Positions 52,130 to 64,000 of a DNA stretch of 64,000 nucleotides are shown one piece after another. The stretch lies in assembly GCA_964187785.1 (NCBI GenBank), contig OZ076409.1, forward strand, positions 7,008,001 to 7,072,000, read 5' to 3'. The notes beneath the pieces are model-generated. The model did not search any database, had not been told where the DNA came from, and worked only from the letters and a program-made list of their open reading frames with translations. The position numbers were made by a program, and so were the translations under genes. Every line of letters begins with the position of its first letter. The stretch's first letter is position 1. The DNA comes from Amphiscolops sp. MND2022 (taxonomy: Eukaryota).

Positions 52130-53260
52130 CCCCTGTTGAATTTTTAAAAAGACGCATATCTAGTATTTTATTGACAAACCAGAGTTTCTAATACATTGTG
52201 AAATACGATTGGGCATAGAAGAATAAAGTTTTTCGATGAAAGAGTCCTTAACATTATTCCAAACAGAATAAACTGCTTCTTCGAGGGTGTCCGGGGTGAG
52301 GTGCATTGCGTTGAGTTCCCTCTTCATTTGCGCCCAGACATTTTCTATGGGGTTGAAATCTGGGCTGTATGAGGGCCAGAACTCTTTCGCAATACCATTG
52401 TCATGAAGCCACTGCTTAACTTCCCTCGATCGATGGATGGGACAGTTGTCATCCATGAAAAACTGGTCCTCGCCCAACGTGTCGATTCCGGCCGTCTTCA
52501 GCAGATCAATATAGTCTGCACTCTTGAATCTTTTTGGGGTCTTCAACAATACTCGAGACCCATTGCCACTTATGCAGCTCCAAAATATCATTGAAAATCG
52601 CGATGTTGTCTTCTCGATTGTTTTCTCTGGCTTGTACCGAGTACCAGTGGTCCTCCAGACATAGACTCGTCCATCACTCTTCAATGAAAACTTGTATTCG
52701 TCGCTTAAAACAACGCGTTTCCACTCCTCCACGGTCTTATTACGTTTCTGCTTTGCCCAGAGCAGTCGATTAACACGGGTTTCTGCTCTCATTCGAAGCA
52801 TCTTCGCAGCGGCACGGCCTACAAGGTCCATTTTGTGCAAGTTTCGTCTAATTGTCTTTGTAGATACATTTTTCATGCTGAAACTGTTGAATAGAACACG
52901 AAGTTTTTCTGCCGATGCCTTTTTGTTCTTTACAATTCTTCGCAGCCAATTTTGATATTTTTGTGTCAATTTCGGAGGTCTACCACTCCTTTTTGCGCCG
53001 TCTACACTGCCATTTTTCAGGTAGTTTTTATAGATTGTTTGAGCCGTTGATTTGTTTGAAAAACGCATCTTCTCTCGAATTTTCTCCCACGAAAGCCCCA
53101 AATCTCGAAGAATAACGACCTTAAGGCGTTCTTGAGACGTTCTTTTAACCATTTTAAACGTTATAACGTTTTAACAGTGAACGGAAGTAAGTTTTTTTTC
53201 ACGCTTCCTAGAAATTTTATACATTTAACTAGCATGCCGTAAATTTTGGTTCATGCACTG
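52130..53260 (-). mobile_element. Tc1 element retaining only one TIR
   Basis: Minus strand begins TA|CAGTGCATGAACCAAAATTTACGGCA at 53260; no matching TIR seen downstream of the stop codon; left boundary approximate. Confidence 0.75.
52160..53152 (-). CDS. Tc1-family DD34E transposase, uninterrupted 330 aa ORF
   Basis: N-terminal HTH region with GRPPKL; SDE, DDNCPIH, WPSYSPDFNPIENVW; 34 residues between second D and E. Confidence 0.95.
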   Translation of the reverse strand: MVKRTSQERLKVVILRDLGLSWEKIREKMRFSNKSTAQTIYKNYLKNGSVDGAKRSGRPPKLTQKYQNWLRRIVKNKKASAEKLRVLFNSFSMKNVSTKTIRRNLHKMDLVGRAAAKMLRMRAETRVNRLLWAKQKRNKTVEEWKRVVLSDEYKFSLKSDGRVYVWRTTGTRYKPEKTIEKTTSRFSMIFWSCISGNGSRVLLKTPKRFKSADYIDLLKTAGIDTLGEDQFFMDDNCPIHRSREVKQWLHDNGIAKEFWPSYSPDFNPIENVWAQMKRELNAMHLTPDTLEEAVYSVWNNVKDSFIEKLYSSMPNRISQCIRNSGLSIKY

Positions 53261-53491
53261 TACTTTTTTGTTTGAACAAAACATTTTTCACATATTAACT
53301 ATAGTTTTGATCGTATTCCATGTTTTTGTGACTCAAAACAGGAAGGTGTTAGTTTTCTAATCAAAAATGAGTGACTTTATAAGTATAAATAGTGTGAACA
53401 AATTTTATATCTCAATTCCAAATTATCTTACGGGAAATGAATTAAAATTGGATGTTCCTGGTTTGTATTTACTAATTTACCACTAATTTAC

Positions 53492-53687
53492 TGTGGCATG
53501 AAATGGCAAAACGAACAATACAATTAAAATGAACATTGAACTATCTGCCACTTTTATGATATCATGTAATGTTAATGCATATATGAAAACACACTGAAAT
53601 AACAGTTACAATTCAGATTTGCTTTGATACTTACACTCTTGCTTTTAATTAACTGTATTTATCCTCTTGTTTCTCCAAGTTACTTCA
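53492..53687 (+). repeat. 5' LTR
   Basis: TGTGGCATG...TTACTTCA, direct repeat of 60573-60768. Confidence 0.96.
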
Positions 53688-53700
53688 TGGCGCAGTCAGC
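53688..53700 (+). promoter_or_regulatory. Primer-binding site (tRNA-Ser-like)
   Basis: TGGCGCAGTC immediately after the 5' LTR; resembles the complement of a tRNA-Ser 3' end. tRNA identity is tentative. Confidence 0.75.
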
Positions 53701-56088
53701 GTCTTGAACAAAAAGAAAAACAATGGATAACAACAATACTGACCTCAATTCCACGGAGGACAGACCGATGTCTTCGGAACAGACAACACGGACAACCAAC
53801 AACCAAACGATGTCAGAAAGAGCGGAAAAAAGCAAGTACAAGATTCCCATTTTGTCTGATAGAGAAACCGATCTTACCAAAGCCAACCCAAAGATGTGGT
53901 GGGAACAAATTTCGGAATACATTCTTTTGACCTACAACCGAAACTTGGACGAAATTACCGATGAAGGAGTAGAATACATGGACCCTCACACGGTATACCA
54001 CATAAAAGGTGACGTTATCTGGGCTCTAGGCCCAAAAGCCAAACATGAAATCATGAGAGGACAATGGGGCCGAGAAATAAAAGATGTCAAATTGCCAGAA
54101 TTATTGACACTATTCAAAAAAACTTTTTTCCCGGTAAGAAACGTCTTCCACAGCAGGGCCCAATTTTTCAATATGAAGCAAGACGATAACGAGACTTTAG
54201 ATGAATACTGGAAGAGGCTCGTGGACATCGAGAGAAAGTGTGACTTTGGGAACATAACGGCAGAAGAAATCATCACGTACAAATTTGCAGCCACAATTAA
54301 AGATAAACGAGCCCGGGACAAATTCATAAAGGGCCCTCTGAAAATACAATTGGTATTAGAGACCATAGAGCTCGACAATTACAACAGAAAGTACGGTGAT
54401 AAAAAACCCAAAACCAAAAAAGCCAAAAAAGATTCCACAAGTAGTTCAACAAGCACCGAACTAATCGGACATACGAACCAATCACGGAAGCGGAGGACAC
54501 AATTTAACGACAAAAAGAAATTAACGAACAAAAACTGTCGCTTCTGCGGAAAGCCAAACTGGTCCATGGAACACATTTGCCCGGCACGGAGAGCACAATG
54601 CAACAATTGCAAAAAGATGGGACACTTTGCCAAGGTTTGCAAATCCAAGACCGTAAGCCGGATAGCCGAAGTGGTTTCATCGGACAGTAACACCGAATCA
54701 TGGCCGGAAGTGGACCACATTCAATCCGTGAACGGTATTAACCGAGTCGACTTCTACAAAACTATCCTATTGGTCCACGGCCAGCCAATAGAATTCATTA
54801 TTGATACCGGCTCTCCAGTGACAATTATTCCGCCAATTATTGATTTAACCGAAGTGAAGAAAACGACAAAAACATTTGTGGACGTAAACAAGAATCCAAT
54901 AAAATTCAAGGGGGAAGCCATGGTTGAAGTGAAAACAGAAAAAAGCAGAGAGATATTACCAATCTTAATAACAGAAAATAAAAATACTCAACCGTTATTG
55001 GGCTTGGACTGGCTTGATAAATTGGAAATTGGATTACAAGGCAGCAAGAAAACAAATGTTATTCGTCATGTGACAGAAGACGAAAGAAGAAAAAGAATCC
55101 TCAACGAATACGAAGATCTATTCAAAAACAACCACACTATCAAAGACCTTACCATCGACATTCAGTTGAAAAAAGACGTCAAGCCAATCCAGCAAAAGGG
55201 ACGGCCGGTCCCTATCCATTTGCAAAAAATTGTCCGTGAAGAGTTAGAAAAACTAATAGACAAAGGACATCTGGAAAAGGCTGACAGAACAACTGAAAAT
55301 TGTTTTGTATCACCCGCAGTTATCACCATCAAAAAGGACAAATCAGTCAAAATAGCTCTGGATTCACGAAAACTGAACGACGCATGTATAAAAAGAAAAG
55401 CTGCAATGCCGAACATGGAAGAATAGATTAGCAAAATCTCCGCAAAAATTACCAAAGGAAATGGGGATATTTGGATGTCCAAAATCGATCTGGATTATGC
55501 ATACGGACAAGCGAAATTGTCGAAAGAAGCCGCAAGACACTGCGTATTCTCCATCATTGGAGGAGAATTCACCGGACACTACCGGTTCAAGAAAGGCTTC
55601 TACGGTTTATCCGACATCCCTACGGTATTCCAAGAGCACATCGACTCCGTGTTGGAATTCAAAACATCGGTCTGGCTAGACGACATCATATGCGTGACTA
55701 ACGGTGATATCGAAGATCATGAAAAAGAATTGCGAGAAGTTTTGTCAAAACTGCAAGACGCTGGTTATCGGGCAAGTGAAAAGAAAACAGAATTATTCAG
55801 AAAGGAATTAACCTGGCTCGGCTACTATATCAACCAAAACGGCGTTAAACCAATCAAGGACAAAACGGAAGCAATAACTAAATTAGAAGCCCCGAAGAAC
55901 GTGAAAGAACTGAAATCATTCCTGGGATCAATACAACATTTATCAAAGTTTATCAACAATCTATCGAAGAAAACCGACGAAATGAGAAAACTCTTGAGAA
56001 AGGATACCAAATGGGAGTGGACACCCGAGATAGACGAAGACTTTGAAAAGCTGAAGAAAGAGATCACAGAGGCCCCATGCCTAGCACA

Positions 56089-57428
56089 CAGGGCTGTCAT
56101 ATTGTTAGTTAAAAACGATATTAACATGTTAACATGTAAATTACACAAAAGTAGATGTAAATAACAGTAAAATTGTAAAAATCAAAATCTTAGTCTTTGT
56201 TCAACTGCTTGAACAAAAAGGCCATTTTTCCCGCTTTTTCAACTCCAAGAGAGCTGCGTAGCGTTCCATATGTCAAGCCTAGGGTTGAAAAGTAGCGCTC
56301 GAGTCCTGCACTTGAGGCTACGGCTGTGACAATAGAGCAGGCGATTTGAACCAACTTCGCAGAAAATCCAAATTTTATGCCACCTTTCCACCAGGCATCT
56401 GGTGAGACATTTTTGGAGATTGCCATGGAAACGATGGTCGAGCAGATTGGCAGCAAAAGTTAATAACAAGTTGTTAATAACACTATGTAAATAACATGAC
56501 AGCCCTGCTTCTTTCTGCTGCAAAATATCTTTTGAAAGCAAATTTGCCATATGGGCATGACAACCATATGTGTGGATTTCTGAAAATCGGTTCCTCATTG
56601 ACGCCATATTGGCTGCATTGTCAGTAACTACACTGCAAATTTTAACTGAAAATTCCGATTCTACAAAGGCTAACTGCTCACGGACTATACGCTCTAAATA
56701 ATCTGCTGTATGCGATTCGCCAGTTGTAACCATGGTAGTAACTAAATAGGGCACCCCTTGGCAAATAAAACATACTCCAAGGACGGGCTCATTTGTGAGG
56801 GTGGACCACCCATCGATGGCAAGCGTAGCATTCATGCCCCTGACTTTTACCTTGACTTTCTCTTTTTCTTGCTCGTAAACTTCGTCTAAAAGTTCACCCG
56901 CTAGTCTTCGGCGATCAGGGATAACAGCTCCGGGCTTCATTTTCTGCACAAAATCTTTAAAATTTTTGTTCGCGGCGGCATTGAAAGGTGTATTGGTGGC
57001 GACAAAATAGCGCACTAGAGAAAGATCCATTTCATGTTGTTTGGATTTTGATATGCAAATGTCCATAGTAGTCTGCTTCAAGACCTTAGAGGGCCCAGGT
57101 CCGTCTACTTGCTGAACATCTTCATCGTCAGGTTTTGCTGCGCATTTCTTCAGATGAGCTTCCAGTCTAACAGGATTATTCACAATTTCCGTATTGCAAG
57201 CCTTGCATTTCCCTTTTTTAACACCATTAACAGTAACAGAAAGAAATTTATCCCACACCGGCTTTTTCGCTGGAGGCATTTCAGTGATCTGAAAAAATAC
57301 AATAACACCGAATGATGAAAATCCAAAAAAAACTGTTAAAATCGGATGTTAATTTCAAAACATTCATGTAAATAACATGTAAATTAAAGGCTTGTTAATA
57401 ACACTATGTAAATAACATGACAGCCCTG
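56089..57428 (-). mobile_element. hAT transposon (internally deleted) inserted in Gypsy pol
   Basis: 12-bp TIR CAGGGCTGTCAT; perfect 8-bp TSD ctagcaca (56081-88 / 57429-36). Confidence 0.96.
56190..57279 (-). pseudogene. Truncated hAT transposase (BED finger, catalytic N-half, C-terminal dimerisation remnant)
   Basis: WDKF..CKAC..HLKKC; AIDGWS, VVTDNAANM, GCHAH; then in another frame WWK..ASSAGLERYFS..RSSL; middle missing. Confidence 0.9.
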
Positions 57429-60400
57429 CTAGCACATTTCGACCCACAGAAGGAAAACTACATCACCACAGATGCGAGCAATACCGGATTGGGCGCAACA
57501 CTATGGCAGAAAGAAGGTGAAACTTTTAGACCCGTAGCATTCGCAAGTAGATTTTTAACTGATTGTGAAAAGAAATACGCAATTAATGAACTAGAATTAT
57601 TAGGGGCTCTTTGGGGTTTAGAATACTTCAGGTATTTTGTGTATGGAAAAAGAGTAAATTTGTTAACAGATCACCAGGCGTTACAACCGCTATTGAAAAA
57701 GAACCGAGCTCATAAGCAATACAGCGCACGATTAACACGTTGGCTGGATAGATTGAGCCATTTCGATGTCAATGTTGAATACACGGCCGGTAAAAACATT
57801 CCGCTGACGGACTATTTGAGCCGTCATCCGATTATACCATCCGAGATTGCCGAACTAGAAAACAAAGCGGACGGATTAACCGAAGCGGAAGCCGAAGAAG
57901 AGTTCGTCATTAATCAAATATACGGCTTATTAGAATTCAACCAAAAACGCGGCAGCATAAAACGATTCACTGAACGAAACGACACGACAGAAAAATTCAA
58001 CCAATCACAACGCGGCTCTAACACACGCGAACGGAACCAAAATACTCACTTGCTTAAAGCCTCACCGTTACCAAACAGCAGCATTTCAAACTCATTCAAA
58101 ACCTTACCGTCGCCAAGCAATAAAATGGACAAGGTCAACAGAATTGATATGGATTTTATATTCAAAAAGAGAGGCCATTCACCAGAAACGAAGCGTTTAT
58201 GGATCGAAAGAAACCATATCCTGAAACCGGACAAAACTCGAATAGTGGGGAAGGGCAAAGAAAGTGAGAGAATTCAAGAATATAGACCCAATCAAGCGGG
58301 GCGAAAACGAATTGCGGAATTAAACATTGAAATTTATAACCGTTTCTTCCACTATTGCGAAACATTAAACATGACCCCTTTACAAGAATTTCAACAGAAC
58401 AACAATGAATCCTGGACCAACAGCAATCAGTCCGACGGAGAAAGCCAGACGAGCCGGACAAAGCAAGACAAATGCCCCACCAACGCATTGAGACGGTTCA
58501 AGAAACACGAAACGGTCAACCTCATTAGACTGAAGCAGACGGCCAAACTGAACACGCTAGAGCCAGAACAAAATGAGAAGACCGCTGACGTACTAAAGAA
58601 AGCAGAGAAGGATTTTGCATTGGACCTGCCTCTACTGGTGGAGGAGACAGCACGCGATATCAAAATCCTAAATACAATTGCCGCAATTGAACAGCAACAA
58701 CTGGAGAGCATATTCTATCCATACCGCCCCCACCGTCTACATCTATCAACCAGATTCGGACTGCTATTTTATAACGACAGAATAGTCATACCGGAAAACA
58801 TGCGGTCGACAATCATTGCTATGCTGCACCACGGCCATGTCTCCAAAAACAAAATGGAACAACTCGCAGAAGCCTTCTGGTGGCCCGACCTGAACCGAGA
58901 TGTACACGAAAAAGCGGAAACATGCCCGAGCTGTAGAGCTGCAGGTAAGAACATCATTACACAAATTCCGTCAACGGAAAAAAATAATTTAGAAATTTTA
59001 ACCGAACCGAATCAGGAGATTCAATTGGATTTCGCCGGTCCAATTAACTCAAAATCACGCGGTGACGTTTACATTTTAGTAGCAGTAGACAGTTTTAGCA
59101 AGTGGCCCACCGCACAAGTATGTAAAAGTGCGGATACTCGGACCGTTTTAAAATTTTTAACCGAATATTTCACAAACAACGGGACACCACAGTGCATTAG
59201 AACCGATAACGGCAGCTGCTTCAAAAGCAGCGAATTCAAAAAATTTTGTACGGATGAAAACATAAAACGTATAAGATGCACTCCGAACCTACATACCGGC
59301 ACTGGTCTAGTCGAGCGTATGATACGGACAATTAAGTCATTAACTAGAGCGAATATGGCCGATGAATTAAACTTTGAAGACAGCATCCAATTAGCAATCA
59401 AAACAATCAGACAGACTCCACACAGTAGACTAAACATGACGCCTTTTCAAATGCACTTAGGCAGAAAACCACGAACTGCACTTATCAACATAATCGGTAA
59501 ACCTGAATGTCTGCTATCCAATTGGAAGAAAACGCTAACCAATTATATTTTAGCACAACCAACAGAGTTACAAGTAGTCACCATCAACGACGCTGAAGGG
59601 GAAATGGCCGACTACCTGGTACTCAACGATACTCGAAAAAGAAGCCGTTCGGTAAGCCGGAAATTCAAAAAATATCAGTTTTTAGAAAAAGAAAACAGAC
59701 CCAATTCAATGAAATGTGGTTTTAAAACAGATAAAATTTTAACGGCAACAAAAGAAACCGATCATACTGTCACTACCTCTGATGGCAGGATAATACACAA
59801 AAAACTGGCCTCTAAACCTTTAAAATTTCAGACCCAAAGGAAACCAGACGAACCGAAGAAGGCCATTACCCGCTGCAAAAGGTGCGGAAAATTCAGCAGC
59901 GACAAATACTGCGAAGCACACCGACAATTAGACAGTAATAACAATGACGCCGAGGAAGGACCTAGCACCAGCCGCAACTTCCCGACAATGCCCGCAAAGA
60001 AGAAATACAAGCGGATAATCACTTACGATTCATCCAGCAAAGAATCCAACACCGCCGACCCCAGCTCGGGAGAAGATAACCCCAACTCCGACAGGGAAGA
60101 AGATCCGGAGGAGACAGACCTCAGAGCCGAGATCGGACGGGAAATTGAAAGATTGCGGGAGCAGACACCGGCACCCACAACACAAGTCGGATGTAGCACC
60201 GGACGGGCCAGCACTCCACCACAACCGGACGTTCAGGGCACACCGATACACCGCCAAACAACGCTTGACACTGGAATCGAAATCGCCGAACCAGGAGACG
60301 GGATAACAGGTAAAATTAGGGCGGAACAAAACTCTTACTTTGGAAAAAAATCAAATAAAATCAGAACCTGAACCGCGTAGATCCGAAAGAATAAAATCAG

Positions 60401-60559
60401 CACGAAGAGTAGTGAAACTAGGTGGGGTAGAATTTTTTAAAATCTTTTACGTTTAGGAGACACCTACACTTTCACCACTCCAGCTCGATTTCCGTTCACT
60501 CCATTTCCACGGATCAAGAAAGAAATTCCACGACAACAGTGGTTCCCTTAGAAGGTCCC

Positions 60560-60572
60560 GGAAGAAGGGGAA
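60560..60572 (+). promoter_or_regulatory. Polypurine tract
   Basis: GGAAGAAGGGGAA abutting the 3' LTR. Confidence 0.9.
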
Positions 60573-60768
60573 TGTGGCATGAAATGGCAAAACGAACAAT
60601 ACAATTAAAATGAACATTGAACTACCTGCCACTTTTATGATGTCATGTAATGTTAATGCATATATGAAAACACACTGAAATAACAGTTACAATTCAGATT
60701 TGCTTTGATACTTACACTCTTGCTTTTTATTCACTGTATTTATCCTCTTGTTTCTCCAAGTTACTTCA
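60573..60768 (+). repeat. 3' LTR
   Basis: Direct repeat of the 5' LTR, followed by TSD tttac. Confidence 0.96.
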
Positions 60769-63700
60769 TTTACCAAAAAATTGGTGGTGGGGAAAACAAA
60801 AGAGCCGATGCCGCATTCAATGTGACTTTTGAAAAATGAACTGGGCAATTTTCAACGAATTGATTTACGTGTGACTTAGGTTTAGTAAAGATTATCTAAG
60901 GCAAAAATTCAAAACATGAAATTCAAAAGATTTTTTGAAGGTAAGCCAATTACAGTCTTTCGATTGAGCTTGAGTGAAATTGATGTGAAGATATGTTGAT
61001 ATTTTCTCTTCGAAAATTTTGTCGCCTCTCAGCAATGATCTTTTGAGTTGCCAATGCCTAGTTGCATAATGCCGAAAACCCTAAGGAGTCCTCTATTCCC
61101 GCAAAACGTTTCGTTTTGTAAAAATCGAGTGTGGACTTCAATAAAAACAAAATAGAAAAAAAAATCGCATAGAAAGACCGCCGTTCTTGAAAAAAAAATC
61201 GGATGTAATGTGAAAAATCTCACAATGCTGAAAACTGTAGAAGGGGGACCCTTTGAGTTTTTTAAAAATCTAGTTTGTTGCAAAATTTTCGAAAAAAGTC
61301 ACGAAGCGGAAACAAGCATAAAAATTTTGGTGAGTGCGAGACTCGAACCAACGTCCATCTGCTTCTGTGCCAAGTGGCAGTAGAAGTTATAAGTTACTAA
61401 GCAACAGCTTATAAAACTTATAGAATCTGTCAGTTCGTCGGTTTTAGAAAAGTCACTACTACAGTCTGCTCTTTCTACGCAAGCGCCGACTAAGAAACAA
61501 TTTGGGAGCGGTTTTTATTCGAATAAATACCGTAGTCTTGTTTCGATCAAAATAGATTGATGTGTCTGAGTTTTTTGAGGTGCTCGCGTAGTTAGAATTT
61601 ATTTTTTTATGTGATTGCATCTAGTGTTTCCAATTTCCGAAGACATAGAGGTTAAGTTAAACTTCTGCAATATTGAACCAATTTTTGACAATGACCACGA
61701 GATACCTTCGTAAGCAGGATAGAAGTAAACAAGAAAAAGTTTCTGCAAAAATCTCCAATTAGTTTTGAAAGAAAGTTTTTGAAAGTTTTGAAAAAAAATT
61801 ACTTCCAATTGACATTTAGAATACGGTGTTCAGACATTCAGATTACCAATGGTTCATTTGTGTTTGCCCTAATTGGCCATGGAATTTTACCTTCGGTCTT
61901 TTTGTACCTTATTGCTTTAAAACTTTTAATAACTTCCAAATTTTGAACAACCTTCCTTAACAAGAAGCATTGTCGCTCATTAATTGGCCTATTAGGACCA
62001 AATAATTGACCAAAAGAGCGAATATAACTGGCTATAAGTAATTGCTCGAAACCCATTTACTTATATACCCATTATGGTTCAAAACTAGCTGGAATGACAT
62101 TAGTTGGCGCCCCGTTTAAAGCTCAAAAAGCGCAAATTGCCTATGAGCATTTACTGGAAAACGTCACTTCTAAAAATATTCGAAAGAAGGACCCTTCGGA
62201 CACAAAATGCCAGCTGACAAAAATATCCAAAAACCAGATTAAAAAACCAACAAAAAGTGATTTGATTTGTTCATTTTTAAAATTAGAAATGTCTTTTTCA
62301 GTCGGCGTTGTTGTAGAAAAAGTACGACTCTTTCAGTGACTAGTTTTTTCTCCAATAGCTGTGATCCGTCCACATACGGAGCACAGATGGAACAAATATA
62401 CAGTAAAGACCATTTGGCCTAGCCAGCACGCTGTATCCAATTTTTTGACGCTATATACGAAGTGAGTAACGTTTCACCAAAGAGAAGGCGGGGGTTCAAA
62501 AATATTGCTCTTTTTTGACGTTATATCCAAACTATATTGCGTTTTTATCATTTTTGCGATAGCAGGAATAACATTGAAATCTCAATAATTCAACTATTTT
62601 TTTCAGTTCGATTTTTGTCGTGATTTCGAGTACCTACTGAAAAATTTAGACAATTTGTTCGGCAGTGAGTGGTAAGCGTGAGAATTAAATTTCTCAAGCT
62701 GCCGACCACAATTAGTTTCTCGTGCGATGGAACGAGTGAGTGGCAATCATGCATTCGTACGCCGAATTCATTGAGATGAAGCGAGCCAATGTTCGTAATT
62801 GTTTTCGTACACCGAGTTATTGAAATGAAGCGAACGAGTGTTAATGATTCGTTCGCCGACAGCTTCGCCTGCATTCAATTGCGAATGCGAAACTTCCTTT
62901 ACGCTTAGTAGTTATATTTTCTTTAGTCCGAGAAGAATTTAAGGCGATGTAATCTGGTAGAGTGATTAATTGTGCGCTATATAAATGATTAGGATATGTT
63001 TCTAATATTGAACATAAAAGCTCAAAAGCAGACATAATACTGTGCCCGCAGGTGCATATTTTACTGAGGAGGAGGCGGAGTTCAAAAACACTCTCCTTTG
63101 TTCCAGCACGCTATATCCGAATTGTGTCGTTATACCCAAAGTAAACTGCGTTTCACTTAGGAGGAGGCCGAGGTTCGAAAAAATATGTTTTTTTTTACTT
63201 TGCAGTATCATAACAAACCGGGAACGACCCAAGTCTGCGCCATATCTAAGGCTTAACTTAAGTCTCATTTTCTGAAGTGTCTTATAATAAACAAGACGCC
63301 AGCTGAGCACCGGGATATTTTCCGCTTCAACTGAGCCATATATGTTCAGGGTGCTCAGTTATAGCTATTTTAGTTATTTGACTATTTTAAAAATAGTCAA
63401 GTAGTTAATGGAGATCGTGGAGATTTGGCAGAATTTGGGAAAAAACGCAACACAGATTTTGATTTTCTTCCCCCATTATATGTGGGCGGAAAATAACAAC
63501 ACGGAATAAGTTATGCTGGCATGTGGATCTGACTAGAAATCATTGATCTACTTTAAATCTAAACTTCACATTCCAACAAATGGTAACTCTTTTCTATAAA
63601 TGGTCAAGAATTGTATTTTTGACTGCTGGGTTTTCAATTAATGACAGCTTACTGTCACAAAAACTATTACAAGAGTTCGGATCATTCGCCCTCGGTGATT

Positions 63701-64000
63701 TTGGAAAAAAAGTATCCAGAAACGTCGTATTTGCAATTACTTTCGCATGGCTTATTGTTTGTTATTTTCCGCCCCGACAACTTTTCTTTGTGAATGGGGA
63801 AGGAAAATCATAATCTATGTTGCGTTTTTCACCAACGCTTTTAGTCGGCGCTTCATGAAGTGAAACACGACTATTATAGTGGCTTTTTTTGCAATCCACA
63901 CGAACTGACCAAAATAGTTCTTAAAAGTTCTACAAAATATTATTGCACAAATTGCACCATTTGGCCTAGCGAACTGAACCAAAGTTTTTTCCTGTTTTCC

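Larger units (their letters stand above)
53723..60371 (+). pseudogene. Gypsy gag-pol single ORF, disrupted by in-frame TAG (55424-26) and the hAT insertion
   Basis: Zinc knuckles CRFCGKPNWSMEHIC and CNNCKKMGHFAKVC; protease IDTGS; RT KIDLDYAY..WLDD; RNase H TDAS..YAINELE..TDHQAL; integrase HHGH..CPSC, LDFAGP, TDNG, VER. Removing the hAT and one TSD restores APCLAHFDP. Confidence 0.93.
53492..60768 (+). mobile_element. Full-length Ty3/Gypsy LTR retrotransposon (inactivated)
   Basis: 196-bp TG..CA LTRs at 53492-53687 and 60573-60768 (4 mismatches); 5-bp TSD tttac; PBS and PPT present; domain order gag-PR-RT-RH-IN. Confidence 0.97.
52020..60806. mobile_element. GG-ended MITE copy split by the Tc1 and Gypsy insertions
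   Basis: Segments 52020-~52128, 53261-53491 and 60774-60806 are colinear with the intact copy 6915-7326; TSD gatgcctc / gatgccgc. Confidence 0.82.

Noticed and set aside
55424..55426. Programmed gag-pol stop readthrough
   Set aside because: The TAG lies inside RT (MPNMEE*ISKI), not at the gag-pol border; most likely a nonsense mutation.
52020..60806. A novel Tc1 element with 8-bp TSD and GG termini
   Set aside because: A canonical TA|CAGTG Tc1 end at 53260 shows the Tc1 is a separate insertion inside the MITE.

Overview
AT-rich, repeat-saturated eukaryotic (metazoan-like) genomic DNA; the species cannot be determined from the sequence. One host gene is visible: a 5-exon class A (rhodopsin-like) GPCR on + (CDS 10557-17343, 550 aa by my manual splice model). 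Main observation: three of its four introns (1, 2 and 4) coincide almost exactly with DNA-transposon (MITE) insertions from three different families, each with terminal inverted repeats (TIRs) and an ~8-bp target-site duplication (TSD). Their splice sites come from TSD, TIR or adjacent exon bases and keep the reading frame, which is introner-type intron gain. Free-standing sibling copies of two of these families are in the window. At 52.0-60.8 kb a GG-ended MITE with an 8-bp TSD holds a one-ended Tc1 (DD34E) element and a full-length Ty3/Gypsy LTR retrotransposon, and the Gypsy pol is interrupted by a deleted hAT element. The remainder is Helentron/HINE-like repeats (at least 3 families, several with tRNA-like modules), hAT and Tc1 MITEs, a 2.69-kb tandem duplication, a ~0.9-kb inverted duplication and a ~196-bp palindrome. 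All calls are by eye; no searches were run.
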